Shown: positions 38,355 through 47,337, counted from the stretch's first letter. The stretch is DNA of 64,000 nucleotides from Gammaproteobacteria bacterium (GCA_043744805.1 JAYTTZ010000131.1:5290-69289); one strand, 5' to 3'. Translations and numbers: made by a program. The notes: generated by a model from the sequence alone, not told the origin.

Positions 38355-38968
38355 GTCCGGAAGCCCTGGCGGCCCAGACGGTCGCGCACTATGAGCGCAA
38401 CGCGGAAGGTTATCGCGACGGCACGCTGGACCACGACGTGGGCCAGAACATTCGCGCGCTGCTGGACGCGATCGAAGCGCAAGGTCCTTGCACGGTGCTC
38501 GACTTTGGCTGCGGGCCCGGGCGTGATCTCAAGGCTTTCAGCGCCCTGGGCCACCAGGCCATCGGCCTCGACGGTGCCAGCCGCTTCGTGGCGATGGCGC
38601 GCGAGTACAGCGGCTGCGAGGTCTGGCAGCAGGACTTCCTCGCGCTGTCCCTGCCAGCGGCCCGGTTCGATGGCATTTTTGCCAACGCGACCCTGTTCCA
38701 CGTACCGCGCAGTGCGCTCCCCGGGGTGCTGGCGCAGCTCCACCAGGCCCTGAAGCCGCGCGGCGTGCTGTTCGCGTCAAACCCCCGCGGCGACGACCGC
38801 GAGCAGTTCAGCGGGGCGCGCTACGGTGCCTATTTTTCCTTGCAGGGCTGGCGGCAGCTGCTGCTGGCCGCCGGCTTCGACGAAATCACGCATTACTTCC
38901 GGCCCAGCGACGCGCCACCGGCCGAGCAGCATTGGCTCGCCAGCGTCTGGCGTCGGCGCGAGGCCTGA
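38351..38968 (+). CDS. Class I SAM-dependent methyltransferase
   Basis: Motif I VLDFGCGPGRDL and post-I ...GLDGASRFVAMAR... It is translationally coupled to the DUF62 gene by a 4-nt overlap. Confidence 0.75.
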   Translation: MSPEALAAQTVAHYERNAEGYRDGTLDHDVGQNIRALLDAIEAQGPCTVLDFGCGPGRDLKAFSALGHQAIGLDGASRFVAMAREYSGCEVWQQDFLALSLPAARFDGIFANATLFHVPRSALPGVLAQLHQALKPRGVLFASNPRGDDREQFSGARYGAYFSLQGWRQLLLAAGFDEITHYFRPSDAPPAEQHWLASVWRRREA

Positions 38969-38972
38969 GTTC

Positions 38973-39473
38973 TCAAAGCTTGCCGAGGAAGTCGAGCTTG
39001 CCGATCGGCACGCCGTTGTGGCGGAGCAGGTTGTAAGCCGTGGCGCCGTGGAAGTAGAAGTTCGGCAGCGCCCACTGCTGCAGGAAATCCGCGCCGTTGA
39101 AGCTGAACTCACCGGCCGGCGTCTTGAGTTCGATCCGTCGCGTGGCGGCCTGTTCGAAAGCGGCCGGGTCGCGGCTGGCCAGGAAGTCGATGGTTCGCGC
39201 GAGGCGCGCCTTCAATTCCACGAGGTTCGTTTCCTTGTCTTCCCAACGCGGCACTTCCTGTCCCGCGAGTCGGGCGGCGCCGCCCTTGGCGAAATCCGTC
39301 GTCAGCTGCACCTGGCGGATCAGCGGGAACATGTCCGGGAACAGTCGTGCCGCGAGCAGGGCCGAGAAATCGAAGCCCACGGACTCGGCGTGGGTATGCG
39401 CCTTGTCGAGCAAGGTGCCCAGGTTGACGAGGCCGCGCGTGAACACGGGAATGGTCAGGTCGTAGAGGTTCAT
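38973..39473 (-). CDS. DUF1993-family protein
   Basis: 166 aa starting at the internal ATG MNLYDLTIPVFTRGL... The composition and length are typical of DUF1993 four-helix-bundle proteins. Confidence 0.55.
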   Translation of the reverse strand: MNLYDLTIPVFTRGLVNLGTLLDKAHTHAESVGFDFSALLAARLFPDMFPLIRQVQLTTDFAKGGAARLAGQEVPRWEDKETNLVELKARLARTIDFLASRDPAAFEQAATRRIELKTPAGEFSFNGADFLQQWALPNFYFHGATAYNLLRHNGVPIGKLDFLGKL

Positions 39474-39492
39474 GGGACGTCGCTCCAGGCGG

Positions 39493-39831
39493 TCATTCGC
39501 ATTGGTAGGATTCGATGAAGGCATTGCCCACCAGCATCGCGGCATTGAAATCCAGTTCTTCGGAATGCCGCTTGAGGTAGTCCAGCAGGGTCGCTCGCAG
39601 TTGCACCACGGTCACGCCCTGCGGGATGCAGAACAGTGACTTCTGCATGCGCCAGGCTGGCGCCGCGTTGTCGGTGTCCGCGACACCGGCGAGATAGCCA
39701 AGGCAGGTGTTGACGTAGTCCGCGCGTTCCGAAGTGCAGCGGGACACCAGATCGACCCCGTCGAGCAAGTTGGCGTTGGCTAGCAGCGGGGCGCAGAGCA
39801 GGGAAGCAAGCAGCGGGAGTCGTCTGGACAT
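39493..39831 (-). CDS. Small periplasmic Rap1a/Tai4-like immunity-family protein (orphan)
   Basis: 112 aa. Signal peptide MSRRLPLLASLLCAPLLANA. Four Cys residues. The pattern ...CLGYLAGVADT...FCIPQGVTVVQLRATLLDYLKRHSEE...AFIESYQC resembles the conserved core of Rap1a-type T6SS immunity proteins. Confidence 0.4.
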   Translation of the reverse strand: MSRRLPLLASLLCAPLLANANLLDGVDLVSRCTSERADYVNTCLGYLAGVADTDNAAPAWRMQKSLFCIPQGVTVVQLRATLLDYLKRHSEELDFNAAMLVGNAFIESYQCE

Positions 39832-39950
39832 CGGGTTCGGCGGGTACTCTGGACGCGGTCGGGAAACGGCCCGTCTAGTCTCAAGCCCGCCCCCGATCCG
39901 GTCAATCGCCGCGAGGCCCGCCACCAGCAGCGGCCGACGGGCCGCGTTTT

Positions 39951-41579
39951 TCACGCAGATTTGAACAGGTTGAGTGTTTCAGCCATCCGCTGGGTCAGGC
40001 CGCGCAGTTCCTCGGCCGTCCGGTGGGAGGCCTCTGCCGCTGCTGACGTTTCAATCATGTTGTTGTGCATTTTCATGACCGTCTGTTGCACGGTGGAAGT
40101 AACGTTGCGCTGCTCGTCGGTAGCACCGGCAATCTCCGCGTTGAGGCGGCGATTCTCGTCCACGGCCACGCCGATTGCGGACAGCGCAGACTCTGCCTGG
40201 TTGGCGGTATCGGCCGTGGAGACGGCCTGTTGGCGGCTCTGTTCCATGGACGTCGACACACGGCGGATGGCAGTCTGCAGGGCATCGATCATCTTGTGGA
40301 TTTCTTCGGTCGATTCGCCCGTGCGCTGGGCCAGGGTGCGTACTTCATCGGCGACCACCGCAAATCCACGGCCCTGGTCACCGGCGCGTGCGGCTTCGAT
40401 GGCGGCGTTCAGCGCCAGCAGGTTGGTCTGCTCCGCGATGGCCCGGATGACCTCGAGCACCCGGCCGATATCGGTGCTGTTGCGTTCGAGGTTGAGGATG
40501 GCGTTGGTCGCGTCCTGCATGTCGGCGGCCAGCCCCGAAATGGAATTCATCACCGTGCCGATGACGCTGCGGCCATGCACCGCCCGTTCCTGGGAGCGAT
40601 CAGACGCCGTGTTGGCCACCGAGGTGGTGTCGGCGATGGACTGCGCGCTGCTGGCGAGTTCATTGATGGCGGTCGCGATGTGGTCGGTTTCATGCTGCTC
40701 CCGGTCAATGTTCGCACTGACCGATCTCGTAGCCTGGGAGAGCTGGCCGCTGGCGACCGCGACGTCTGCACTCAGCGCGCTTATCGACCCGATCGTCACC
40801 CGGAGCCTGCCCACGAAGGCATTGAAACCGGCCGCGAGCTCGCCCACTTCGTCCTTGGAATCGATGTCGAGGCGGGCGTCGAGGTTACCCTCGGACAGCG
40901 CGAATTTCTTCAAGTGTTCGGCCACTTCGGCGATGGGCCGTGCGACGGTCCGCGAGAGCAGTGAGGTCAGCAGGACGCTGACGATGACTCCGGCCACGAC
41001 GGTGGCGATGAGGATGCGCGAAACCATGGACTGGAGCTCGCTGATGGCTTCGGACTGGCCTTCGATGGCGCGGTCGCCCAGCGCTTCGAGTTCGGTCAGG
41101 ACGGCCAGGGCGTTGTCCACGCCCTGGCTGAAAACATCGCGCTGCGTGCCGAGGACTTCGGGTGTGGCGAGTGGGTCCTTGATGGCCGACAGGAGGGAGT
41201 CCCTTGCAGCCCCCAGCGTGGCAGCCGCGCTCGCCAGTCGCTGGCGCGCTTCCATCGGCAGCAGTTCGGATTTCACTACGCGGTCCAGGCCGGCCTTGAC
41301 CTGTACTTTGGTCTTGGCCAATTCACTCGACTGGAAAGTGAGGTCGGCGCCGGGCTGCAGCGCCTGGAAAACCTCGATGGCGTCTCTTTCGATGGCAATC
41401 TGGGCTTCCATCATACCGTCCGCCGTGTCCCAGGCTGGACCCGTGATGTAGGCCAGCTTTTGCACGAGCTGTTCCTTGGCGTACCAGCCGACGCCGCCGG
41501 TGATCACGATGAGGCCGCAGAGCAGCCCGAAGGCAAGGCCAAGCTTGGTGCCAAGACGCATTGAATTGAACCAGGACAT
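39951..41579 (-). CDS. Methyl-accepting chemotaxis protein
   Basis: 542 aa. An N-terminal TM, a periplasmic region, a second TM, a HAMP domain, and the highly conserved signalling domain (...[31 protein letters not shown]...). Confidence 0.85.
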   Translation of the reverse strand: MSWFNSMRLGTKLGLAFGLLCGLIVITGGVGWYAKEQLVQKLAYITGPAWDTADGMMEAQIAIERDAIEVFQALQPGADLTFQSSELAKTKVQVKAGLDRVVKSELLPMEARQRLASAAATLGAARDSLLSAIKDPLATPEVLGTQRDVFSQGVDNALAVLTELEALGDRAIEGQSEAISELQSMVSRILIATVVAGVIVSVLLTSLLSRTVARPIAEVAEHLKKFALSEGNLDARLDIDSKDEVGELAAGFNAFVGRLRVTIGSISALSADVAVASGQLSQATRSVSANIDREQHETDHIATAINELASSAQSIADTTSVANTASDRSQERAVHGRSVIGTVMNSISGLAADMQDATNAILNLERNSTDIGRVLEVIRAIAEQTNLLALNAAIEAARAGDQGRGFAVVADEVRTLAQRTGESTEEIHKMIDALQTAIRRVSTSMEQSRQQAVSTADTANQAESALSAIGVAVDENRRLNAEIAGATDEQRNVTSTVQQTVMKMHNNMIETSAAAEASHRTAEELRGLTQRMAETLNLFKSA

Positions 41580-41711
41580 GGGCAACCTCTCATCGCGCAC
41601 AGGCACGCACAGTTTTACATTTTTACATTCGATTCCCTTAGCGGCGCCCGGCGGGGAATCCTTGACTGCATGCGGTCGTGGCGATTGGGTAGGTCCAGGC
41701 TGGTGGGCGAA

Positions 41712-42279
41712 TCAGTCCTCGAAGTGCGGTGTCCGGTGTTCGCCCAGGGCGGCGATGGCCTCGGCGACGTCCGGTGCAAAGAGGAGGGCGGCGTTGCGCG
41801 CGGCGACGAACTCGAGGCCCTCGCCAACGGGGTGGTCACGGCTGTAGTTAAGCGTTTCCTTGGTCCCCCTCAGCGCCAGGGGGGATTTGGCGGCAAGCTG
41901 TCGCGCAACGTCGAGCGCGTGGGCGCGCAGGCTCTCGAGGTCGGGCAGCACCGCGTTGAGGAAGCCGCGGCGCTCAGCTTCCGCCGTTTCGAACCGACGC
42001 CCGGTCATCGCAAGTTCACGCGCGATCCCATCCCCGATAAGGCGCGGCAAGCGCTGCAGGGTGCCAAGATCCGCGATGATGCCGACGTCGATCTCCTTCA
42101 CTGAGAAATAGGCATCGCTGGCGGCGAAGCGGATCCGGCAGCGTGTCCACGGCGCGCATCACGTCGGCCAGCTCTTCCCACATTTCCTGATTGAACGCAT
42201 TGGCGCGTTCGGGGCGGTTGAACTCGACGTGGGCGATGCCGTCGGCCAGGGTGGCGATGAGCGTTGAGTACTCATTCAT
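41712..42279 (-). pseudogene. Enoyl-CoA hydratase/isomerase remnant (internal deletion plus frameshift)
   Basis: The N-terminal 49 aa (MNEYSTLIATLADGIAHVEFNRPERANAFNQEMWEELADVMRAVDTLPD) are in one frame and the crotonase C-terminal ~129 aa (...KEIDVGIIADLGTLQRLPRLIG...) in another, joined near 42100-42130. The central ~75-80 aa that carry the oxyanion-hole/catalytic Glu segment are missing. Confidence 0.55.
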
Positions 42280-42790
42280 GCAGGGTGCCTTGTTCGGTTT
42301 GTTGGCAATCGCGACACTCGCCCGCCACTTCGATGGTTTCGCGGACCACCTTGAAATGGAGTCGTCGCGCACACTCGTCGACGTATGCCGACAGTTGGGG
42401 AGCTGCCAGTTCCGCGACGGTCCCGCATTGGGTGCAGATGAGGAACTGGCTGACGTGGCCTTCAAGGGGTTCGCCGCAGCCGATATAGGCATTGAGTGAA
42501 GTGAGCCGATGGATAAGGCCGGCTTCGAGCAGGAAATCGAGCGCGCGGTACACCGTGGGCGGCGCGGCCTGTGCGCGTTCCTGGCCGAGCAACGCCAGCA
42601 GGTCGTAAGCCTTGACCGGCAAATGGCTGGCCCAGATGAGTTCCAGTACGCGGCGCCGCAGCGGGGTGAGGCGGCGGCCGCTCGCGGCGCAGGCGCGCTC
42701 AGCCTTGGCGAGCGCGGTTTCCACGCAATGGCCGTGGTCGTGGCTGCGGGCCGCGAAGCTCTTGAGGACGGTGGGTCGGGTGCTCGGCAT
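42272..42790 (-). CDS. zur: Fur-family transcriptional regulator, likely Zur
   Basis: 172 aa. Winged-helix DNA-binding region (...RLTPLRRRVLELIW...VKAYDLL...) and a C-terminal metal-binding site with CxxC pairs (CTQCG ... CRDC). It is divergent from a ZIP zinc transporter gene. Confidence 0.75.
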   Translation of the reverse strand: MPSTRPTVLKSFAARSHDHGHCVETALAKAERACAASGRRLTPLRRRVLELIWASHLPVKAYDLLALLGQERAQAAPPTVYRALDFLLEAGLIHRLTSLNAYIGCGEPLEGHVSQFLICTQCGTVAELAAPQLSAYVDECARRLHFKVVRETIEVAGECRDCQQTEQGTLHE

Positions 42791-42806
42791 GGGTGGGTCT
42801 ACTTTC

Positions 42807-42830
42807 GCACTGTTACTGTGTAACGTCAGT
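42807..42830. promoter_or_regulatory. Putative Zur box in the zur/ZIP divergent promoter
   Basis: CACTGTTACTGTGTAACGTCAGTG, with a perfect GTTAC-N3-GTAAC core. This resembles the proteobacterial Zur-box core GTTATA-N-TATAAC. Confidence 0.4.
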
Positions 42831-42888
42831 GTTTAGTATGGCGTGTCCGTCGTCGCAACTCACGCGACGCGCCGTCGCGGAACCCCTG

Positions 42889-43677
42889 ATGACCACGCCC
42901 GACCCGCATCTGCTCTACTGGATTCTCGGCTTCACCCTGTTGGGAGCGGTGCTGAGCCTTGCTGCGGGCGGTGCCTACCTGCTGTTGCCACCGCACTGGC
43001 GGGAAAAAACCGTAGCACACCTCATCAGCCTCGCGACCGGCACCTTGCTGGCCGTGGCGTTCATCGATCTCCTGCCCGAAGCGGTGGAGCACAGCAAGGA
43101 TGGCCACCCCGAGCGCGTGTTCGGGACGGTGCTCGCCGGGATCTTCGTGTTCTTCCTGCTGGAAAAGACGCTCATCTGGCGCCATGCGCACCAGGTCGAT
43201 TCCCACGGCCACGCCCACCCTAACGGCCTGCGCACCGCAGGGGCGCTGGTGATGGTGGGCGACACCTTCCACAACTTTCTCGACGGGATCCTGCTCACCG
43301 CCACTTTCATCGCCGATCCGGCGCTGGGCATGGTGACCGGCCTGGCCATCGTGGCCCATGAAATCCCGCAGGAAGTGGGTGACTTCGCGATCATGCTCGA
43401 AGGCGGTTACTCGCGCTGGCAGACCTTCGGCCTGAATGCCATCGCGAGCCTTGCGATGGTGGTGGGTGCGCTGCTCGCGTGGTGGCAGTTGCCGTTGCTG
43501 GAAGGCCATCTTGCCTACGTGCTCGCGTTCACTGCGGCAAGCTTCATCTACATCGCCATCGCCGACCTCATCCCGAGCCTCCACCGTGGCGTCACCGCAC
43601 GTGAGACTTTCGCGCAGGTGTTCTGGATCGGCGTTGGCGTGGCGCTGGTGTCGATGATCCAGCACCAGCACGGCTAA
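42889..43677 (+). CDS. zupT: ZIP-family zinc transporter (ZupT-like)
   Basis: 262 aa from the ATG at 42889. Eight predicted TM helices. ZIP signature HEIPQEVGDFAIML and a His-rich loop (HAHQVDSHGHAHPNG). Confidence 0.8.
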   Translation: MTTPDPHLLYWILGFTLLGAVLSLAAGGAYLLLPPHWREKTVAHLISLATGTLLAVAFIDLLPEAVEHSKDGHPERVFGTVLAGIFVFFLLEKTLIWRHAHQVDSHGHAHPNGLRTAGALVMVGDTFHNFLDGILLTATFIADPALGMVTGLAIVAHEIPQEVGDFAIMLEGGYSRWQTFGLNAIASLAMVVGALLAWWQLPLLEGHLAYVLAFTAASFIYIAIADLIPSLHRGVTARETFAQVFWIGVGVALVSMIQHQHG

Positions 43678-43725
43678 GGTGGGCCCTGGCCTGCAACGCT
43701 CAAGTCGCCCTTCCGGAGGCCACGC

Positions 43726-44904
43726 ATGACCGCACCCAATCTCCTGCTGCCGCTTGACCAACTGCGCGCCCGCCAGAGCGCCAAGTGGACGGTTTACGCC
43801 CCCGACGTCCTCCCGGCCTGGATCGCGGACATGGACTATGCGGTGGCGCCGCCCATCCGGGAGGCCCTGCAAGCGCGACTGGCGCGGGAGGATCTGGGCT
43901 ATCCCATGAGGTATCCGCGTGCCGGTCTCGATGCCCTGTTCGCGGACCGCATGGCTGCGCTGTACGGCTGGACTGTGCAGCCCGCGCAGGTCGAGTTCTT
44001 CAGCGATGTGGTACAGATCATCCACGTCGCCCTGCAGACCCTGCTGGCGGAAGGCGAGGGCGTCATCATCCAGACGCCCATCTATCCGCCGTTCCTGCAG
44101 TCGGTGCAGGAGACCAGCCGCCGCCAGGTGCTGTGTCCGCTGGTGCGGGGCCCAGCGGGCTACGAAATTGATTTCGACGCGATGGACGCGGCCTGTGATG
44201 CGGGCACGCGCCTGCTGCTGCTGTGTCATCCGCATAACCCGACGGGGCGGGCGTTCACCCGGGAGGAACTCGAAGGTCTTGCCGAACTGGTCAGGCGCCG
44301 TGACCTCATCGTGCTGTCGGACGAAATCCACGCGGATCTTATGCTCGACGACCGGCCGCATATTCCTTTCGCCGCGCTGGGCGACGACATCGCGAGCCGC
44401 ACGATCACGCTGACCTCGCCCAGCAAGGCCTTCAACATCGCGGGGCTGTGCCTCGCGGTCGCGGTGTTCGGCTCGGCCTGGCTTCACCAGCGGTTTGGCA
44501 AGCTCACTGCCCACGTGCGCGGCGGGCGGAGTGCATTTGGCATGAGCGCCACGGCGGCCGCGTGGACCGATGGCGCGGCGTGGCTCGCTGCCGTGCGGGC
44601 CCAACTGCGGGAAAATCGCGCAACGGTTACCGAGTTCCTGCGCGCACGCTGGCCGCAGCTTGGCTACTTTGCGCCCGAGGCCACTTACCTCGCCTGGATC
44701 GATTGCCGCGCCCTTGGGCTTAGTGAGGAGCCCTACCGATTCTTCCTGCGGGAAGCGCGCGTCGCGCTGAGCGAAGGGCCAAGTTTTGGCACCGCGGGCG
44801 AAGGCTGCGTGCGGCTCAATTTCGCGACCTCGCCGGAAATCCTGGCGGAGATCCTGCAACGAATGGATGGTGCGCTACTGATGCAGGGAACGATCGGGCG
44901 ATGA
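43726..44904 (+). CDS. PLP-dependent C-S lyase (MalY/PatB family cystathionine beta-lyase-like aminotransferase)
   Basis: 392 aa. N-terminal ...SAKWTVYAPDVLPAWIADMDYAVAPPIREAL... is typical of MalY/PatB. PLP-lysine context ...TSPSKAFNIAGL... Confidence 0.8.
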   Translation: MTAPNLLLPLDQLRARQSAKWTVYAPDVLPAWIADMDYAVAPPIREALQARLAREDLGYPMRYPRAGLDALFADRMAALYGWTVQPAQVEFFSDVVQIIHVALQTLLAEGEGVIIQTPIYPPFLQSVQETSRRQVLCPLVRGPAGYEIDFDAMDAACDAGTRLLLLCHPHNPTGRAFTREELEGLAELVRRRDLIVLSDEIHADLMLDDRPHIPFAALGDDIASRTITLTSPSKAFNIAGLCLAVAVFGSAWLHQRFGKLTAHVRGGRSAFGMSATAAAWTDGAAWLAAVRAQLRENRATVTEFLRARWPQLGYFAPEATYLAWIDCRALGLSEEPYRFFLREARVALSEGPSFGTAGEGCVRLNFATSPEILAEILQRMDGALLMQGTIGR

Positions 44905-45116
44905 CGCTTCCACCTCAAGCGTCATACCACCGCATTCAGACCAAACCTGTCGCCGATGCCATGGTATGGCTGAGCAAGCCGCGATGCCCTTTCAAGACCT
45001 CCTCAAGATCCGTTTGCGGAATCGCCTGATACAAGACTGTTAGGGTGCCAAATCATGGCGGAGGGGTGACCGAGTTTTGTCACAGTGCGCTGGCAAGCTG
45101 ATTCAGTCTGGGTTAA

Positions 45117-45767
45117 TTGGCTGAACTCCACGCTTGTGCAGCCTCGATAATAAAAGTCTGCACGGAGAACTTGCATGAACACGAAATCCGCGACATTCCT
45201 GCTGATCGCTTTGTGGGGGGGGGGGCGCAGGCTGCTAACTGCATACTAGATACGTCCACCCCCGCCAAGACAAAAGCCGCGCTCACCTGCTTGCAGAACC
45301 GGCTCGCGGCGCTTGAAGCGTTGAAGAAGCTAGGTTCTCCGGTAATTCTCTATGAGGACCAATTCACGCGCTTTGACCTCATCGGTAAAAGCCGCATCCC
45401 GACCACCTTCCCCGGGCCGAGCATCCGGATGTCGGTGCGGATTACGAACAAAACGGCGTCGTTGCTTAGGCTGGCGACCGATCATCAAAATGCAGGTGGA
45501 CGTCCACTCGTTACCGATGACTCGGCGGTGTCTATACGCGCAGGCTATTCGGGAATCGCTAATGCTTATAGTGCCAGTCAGCCAGGCTCCTACTCCCCGA
45601 TCAGTCCCAGCAAATCGATAACAATTTCACTGCAGGCAGATTCGGTGGCTAGCGCCGTCTTCACCGGAAAATACTTTGATGTTTCTTTTCAGCTCCTGCG
45701 CTACAACCCTGCGACCTTCCAGGGTGAACCCTTCTCGGTGTCGTTCACCGATATTCCGATTCCCTGA
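45117..45767 (+). CDS. Hypothetical secreted protein in a low-GC islet, candidate phase-variable gene (ATG 45175 and signal peptide are out of frame at the current poly-G length)
   Basis: A long ORF with no ATG start as sequenced. An ATG at 45175, preceded by a GGAGA SD, would encode a signal peptide MNTKSATFLLIALWGGGAQAANC... in frame with the long ORF if the G11 tract were G10 or G13. No family recognised. Confidence 0.4.
   Translation: MAELHACAASIIKVCTENLHEHEIRDIPADRFVGGGAQAANCILDTSTPAKTKAALTCLQNRLAALEALKKLGSPVILYEDQFTRFDLIGKSRIPTTFPGPSIRMSVRITNKTASLLRLATDHQNAGGRPLVTDDSAVSIRAGYSGIANAYSASQPGSYSPISPSKSITISLQADSVASAVFTGKYFDVSFQLLRYNPATFQGEPFSVSFTDIPIP
45215..45225. repeat. Homopolymeric G11 tract inside the 5' end of a coding region
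   Basis: Read directly from the sequence as ...gctttgt + 11 G + cgcagg... Confidence 0.85.
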
Positions 45768-45966
45768 GCTCAGCGGCTGTCGCGCCCATCGGAGCGAGTC
45801 CTGATCATGTGAACCGCTGCGTGGTCAGGTCGCCGTGGCTGGCAAATACACCAAGGGCCACGACGACACGTTGAAATTTCAGCGGGAGGGGACCGCCGCG
45901 GCTTCTCGTGGCCGACTTGATGTTCGGTACCCGAGATGCAGCCACTGATTCCGGATTTGCCGCGGG

Positions 45967-46137
45967 CCTAGCAGCCTGTCGGACTTGGGGAGCGTCGGCT
46001 GCGAACCGATCGCAGCCGTCCATTCGGCACCGTCTTTTTGCCCCATAGCCGGGCTATGGGCCTGCAAATTCGGCACCAACTGTCCTGGCTGGGGCCGATT
46101 CTCGCTATCGACGCCCCAAGTCCGACAGGCTGCTAGG
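45967..46137. mobile_element. MITE-like element with 24-bp perfect terminal inverted repeats
   Basis: CCTAGCAGCCTGTCGGACTTGGGG at 45967-45990 and its exact reverse complement at 46114-46137. The ~123-bp core carries nested palindromes (GCTGCG..CGCAGC; CCCATAGCC-G-GGCTATGGG). No coding capacity. Confidence 0.45.
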
Positions 46138-46975
46138 TCTTGGGCGGACCCCGTCGAATTCGCGCGAGTACGCTGTCCGGCGAGGGTGCGAGGTTGGTCA
46201 GCGTTACGCCCAATTCGACCCACCACGTCACGCCAGCATCACGGTAGGCAGCGATCTCCGCAGCGTTCTCCGGTCCAGTCGTGCTGCCGTACTGGATGTA
46301 GTCGTAGCGACGCCCAGCATCGCGCAGGCCGTCGATATAGGACTTCACCTCGGCGAATTCCGCAGGGGAAAACGTGCCGCCCTCCATCAGGTTGGGCGGC
46401 AGCGGAACGACGCCATCCCACAGTGCCGCCCGCCGGAATGGTCGTTTGGTAGGCCAGACGCCGGCCACCCAGACTGGAATCCCGGGCTTCTGCACGGGCG
46501 GGGCGAAACCTTCGCAGCGGATCGTGTAGTGGGTTCCCGCATGGTCGACGGGCTCGCCACTCCAGAGCCGCGCCAGCAGCGCCAGGCCTTCATCCAGCAT
46601 GTCGCCCCGTACGGCCTTGTCGCTTTCGTGGCCGAAACCCGACCATTCGGGAATCACGGGAAATCCCAGTCCAACGCCAAAAATGAGGCGTCCGTCGGAG
46701 AGGCGGTCGATTGAAATCGTTTCCCGCGCGAGTTTGGCCAAATCGCGCCGGGGCAGCGGCGTCACCAGCGGGCCGAGCTTGATGGTGCTGGTCTTGACGC
46801 TTATCGCCGCCAGCGCTACCCACGGATCAACGCAGGGTTCGATGCCCGGGAACTGGAGGTGGTCCCAGATGAAAAATCCGTCCCACCCTGCCTGTTCGGC
46901 TTCTAGCGCAAAATCGGCGAGGAGGGCGGCGGAACCGAAGGCCCCGAAATTCGGCAGATAGAATCCGTACATCAT
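46133..46975 (-). CDS. Luciferase-like (LLM class) flavin- or F420-dependent oxidoreductase
   Basis: 280 aa from MMYGFYLPNFG. The ...FDGFFIWDHLQFPG... and ...RLIFGVGLGF... segments are characteristic of the LLM TIM-barrel family. Confidence 0.7.
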   Translation of the reverse strand: MMYGFYLPNFGAFGSAALLADFALEAEQAGWDGFFIWDHLQFPGIEPCVDPWVALAAISVKTSTIKLGPLVTPLPRRDLAKLARETISIDRLSDGRLIFGVGLGFPVIPEWSGFGHESDKAVRGDMLDEGLALLARLWSGEPVDHAGTHYTIRCEGFAPPVQKPGIPVWVAGVWPTKRPFRRAALWDGVVPLPPNLMEGGTFSPAEFAEVKSYIDGLRDAGRRYDYIQYGSTTGPENAAEIAAYRDAGVTWWVELGVTLTNLAPSPDSVLARIRRGPPKT

Positions 46976-47337
46976 GGTGTGTGCTCCGGGCTCGGCAGGG
47001 GCGTGTGTGCGGCTTGGCCAGCCTCTACCACAGGACGCCTGCCAATGCCAGCCCCCGGTGATAGCAGGCGCAGAGGCCGGGCTGCCCGGTTGTTCAGCCC
47101 GGTGCGCGGGACCGCGCACCCGTGCGCATCCCCAGCCCGACCACGACTCGGGCCGCCGCGAGGCGCGCGTCGGCATGAGCTGGGAGCGCTTCGGGAACGT
47201 GGCCATTTCGCGTCAACGCGACGGCGGGCGCCAGCGCGTCCTCGGTCGCCGTTCTTGCTCCAGAGCCCGTGATTGAACTCGCCTTGTGCGCCACGTCGCC
47301 AGCCCGTTCATCGATGCATCAACGGAATCAACGTCGT

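Noticed and set aside
42826-44859. 677-aa ORF on the - strand
   Set aside because: It is antisense to the ZIP transporter and MalY/PatB genes, both of which have clear family motifs. The translation is low-complexity and Arg-rich.
45805-46452. Two overlapping ORFs (45805..46023 - and 45985..46452 +) that both translate to ...PQVRQAAR...
   Set aside because: The shared peptide is a consequence of the 24-bp perfect inverted repeat of the MITE-like element being read on both strands. They are not genes.
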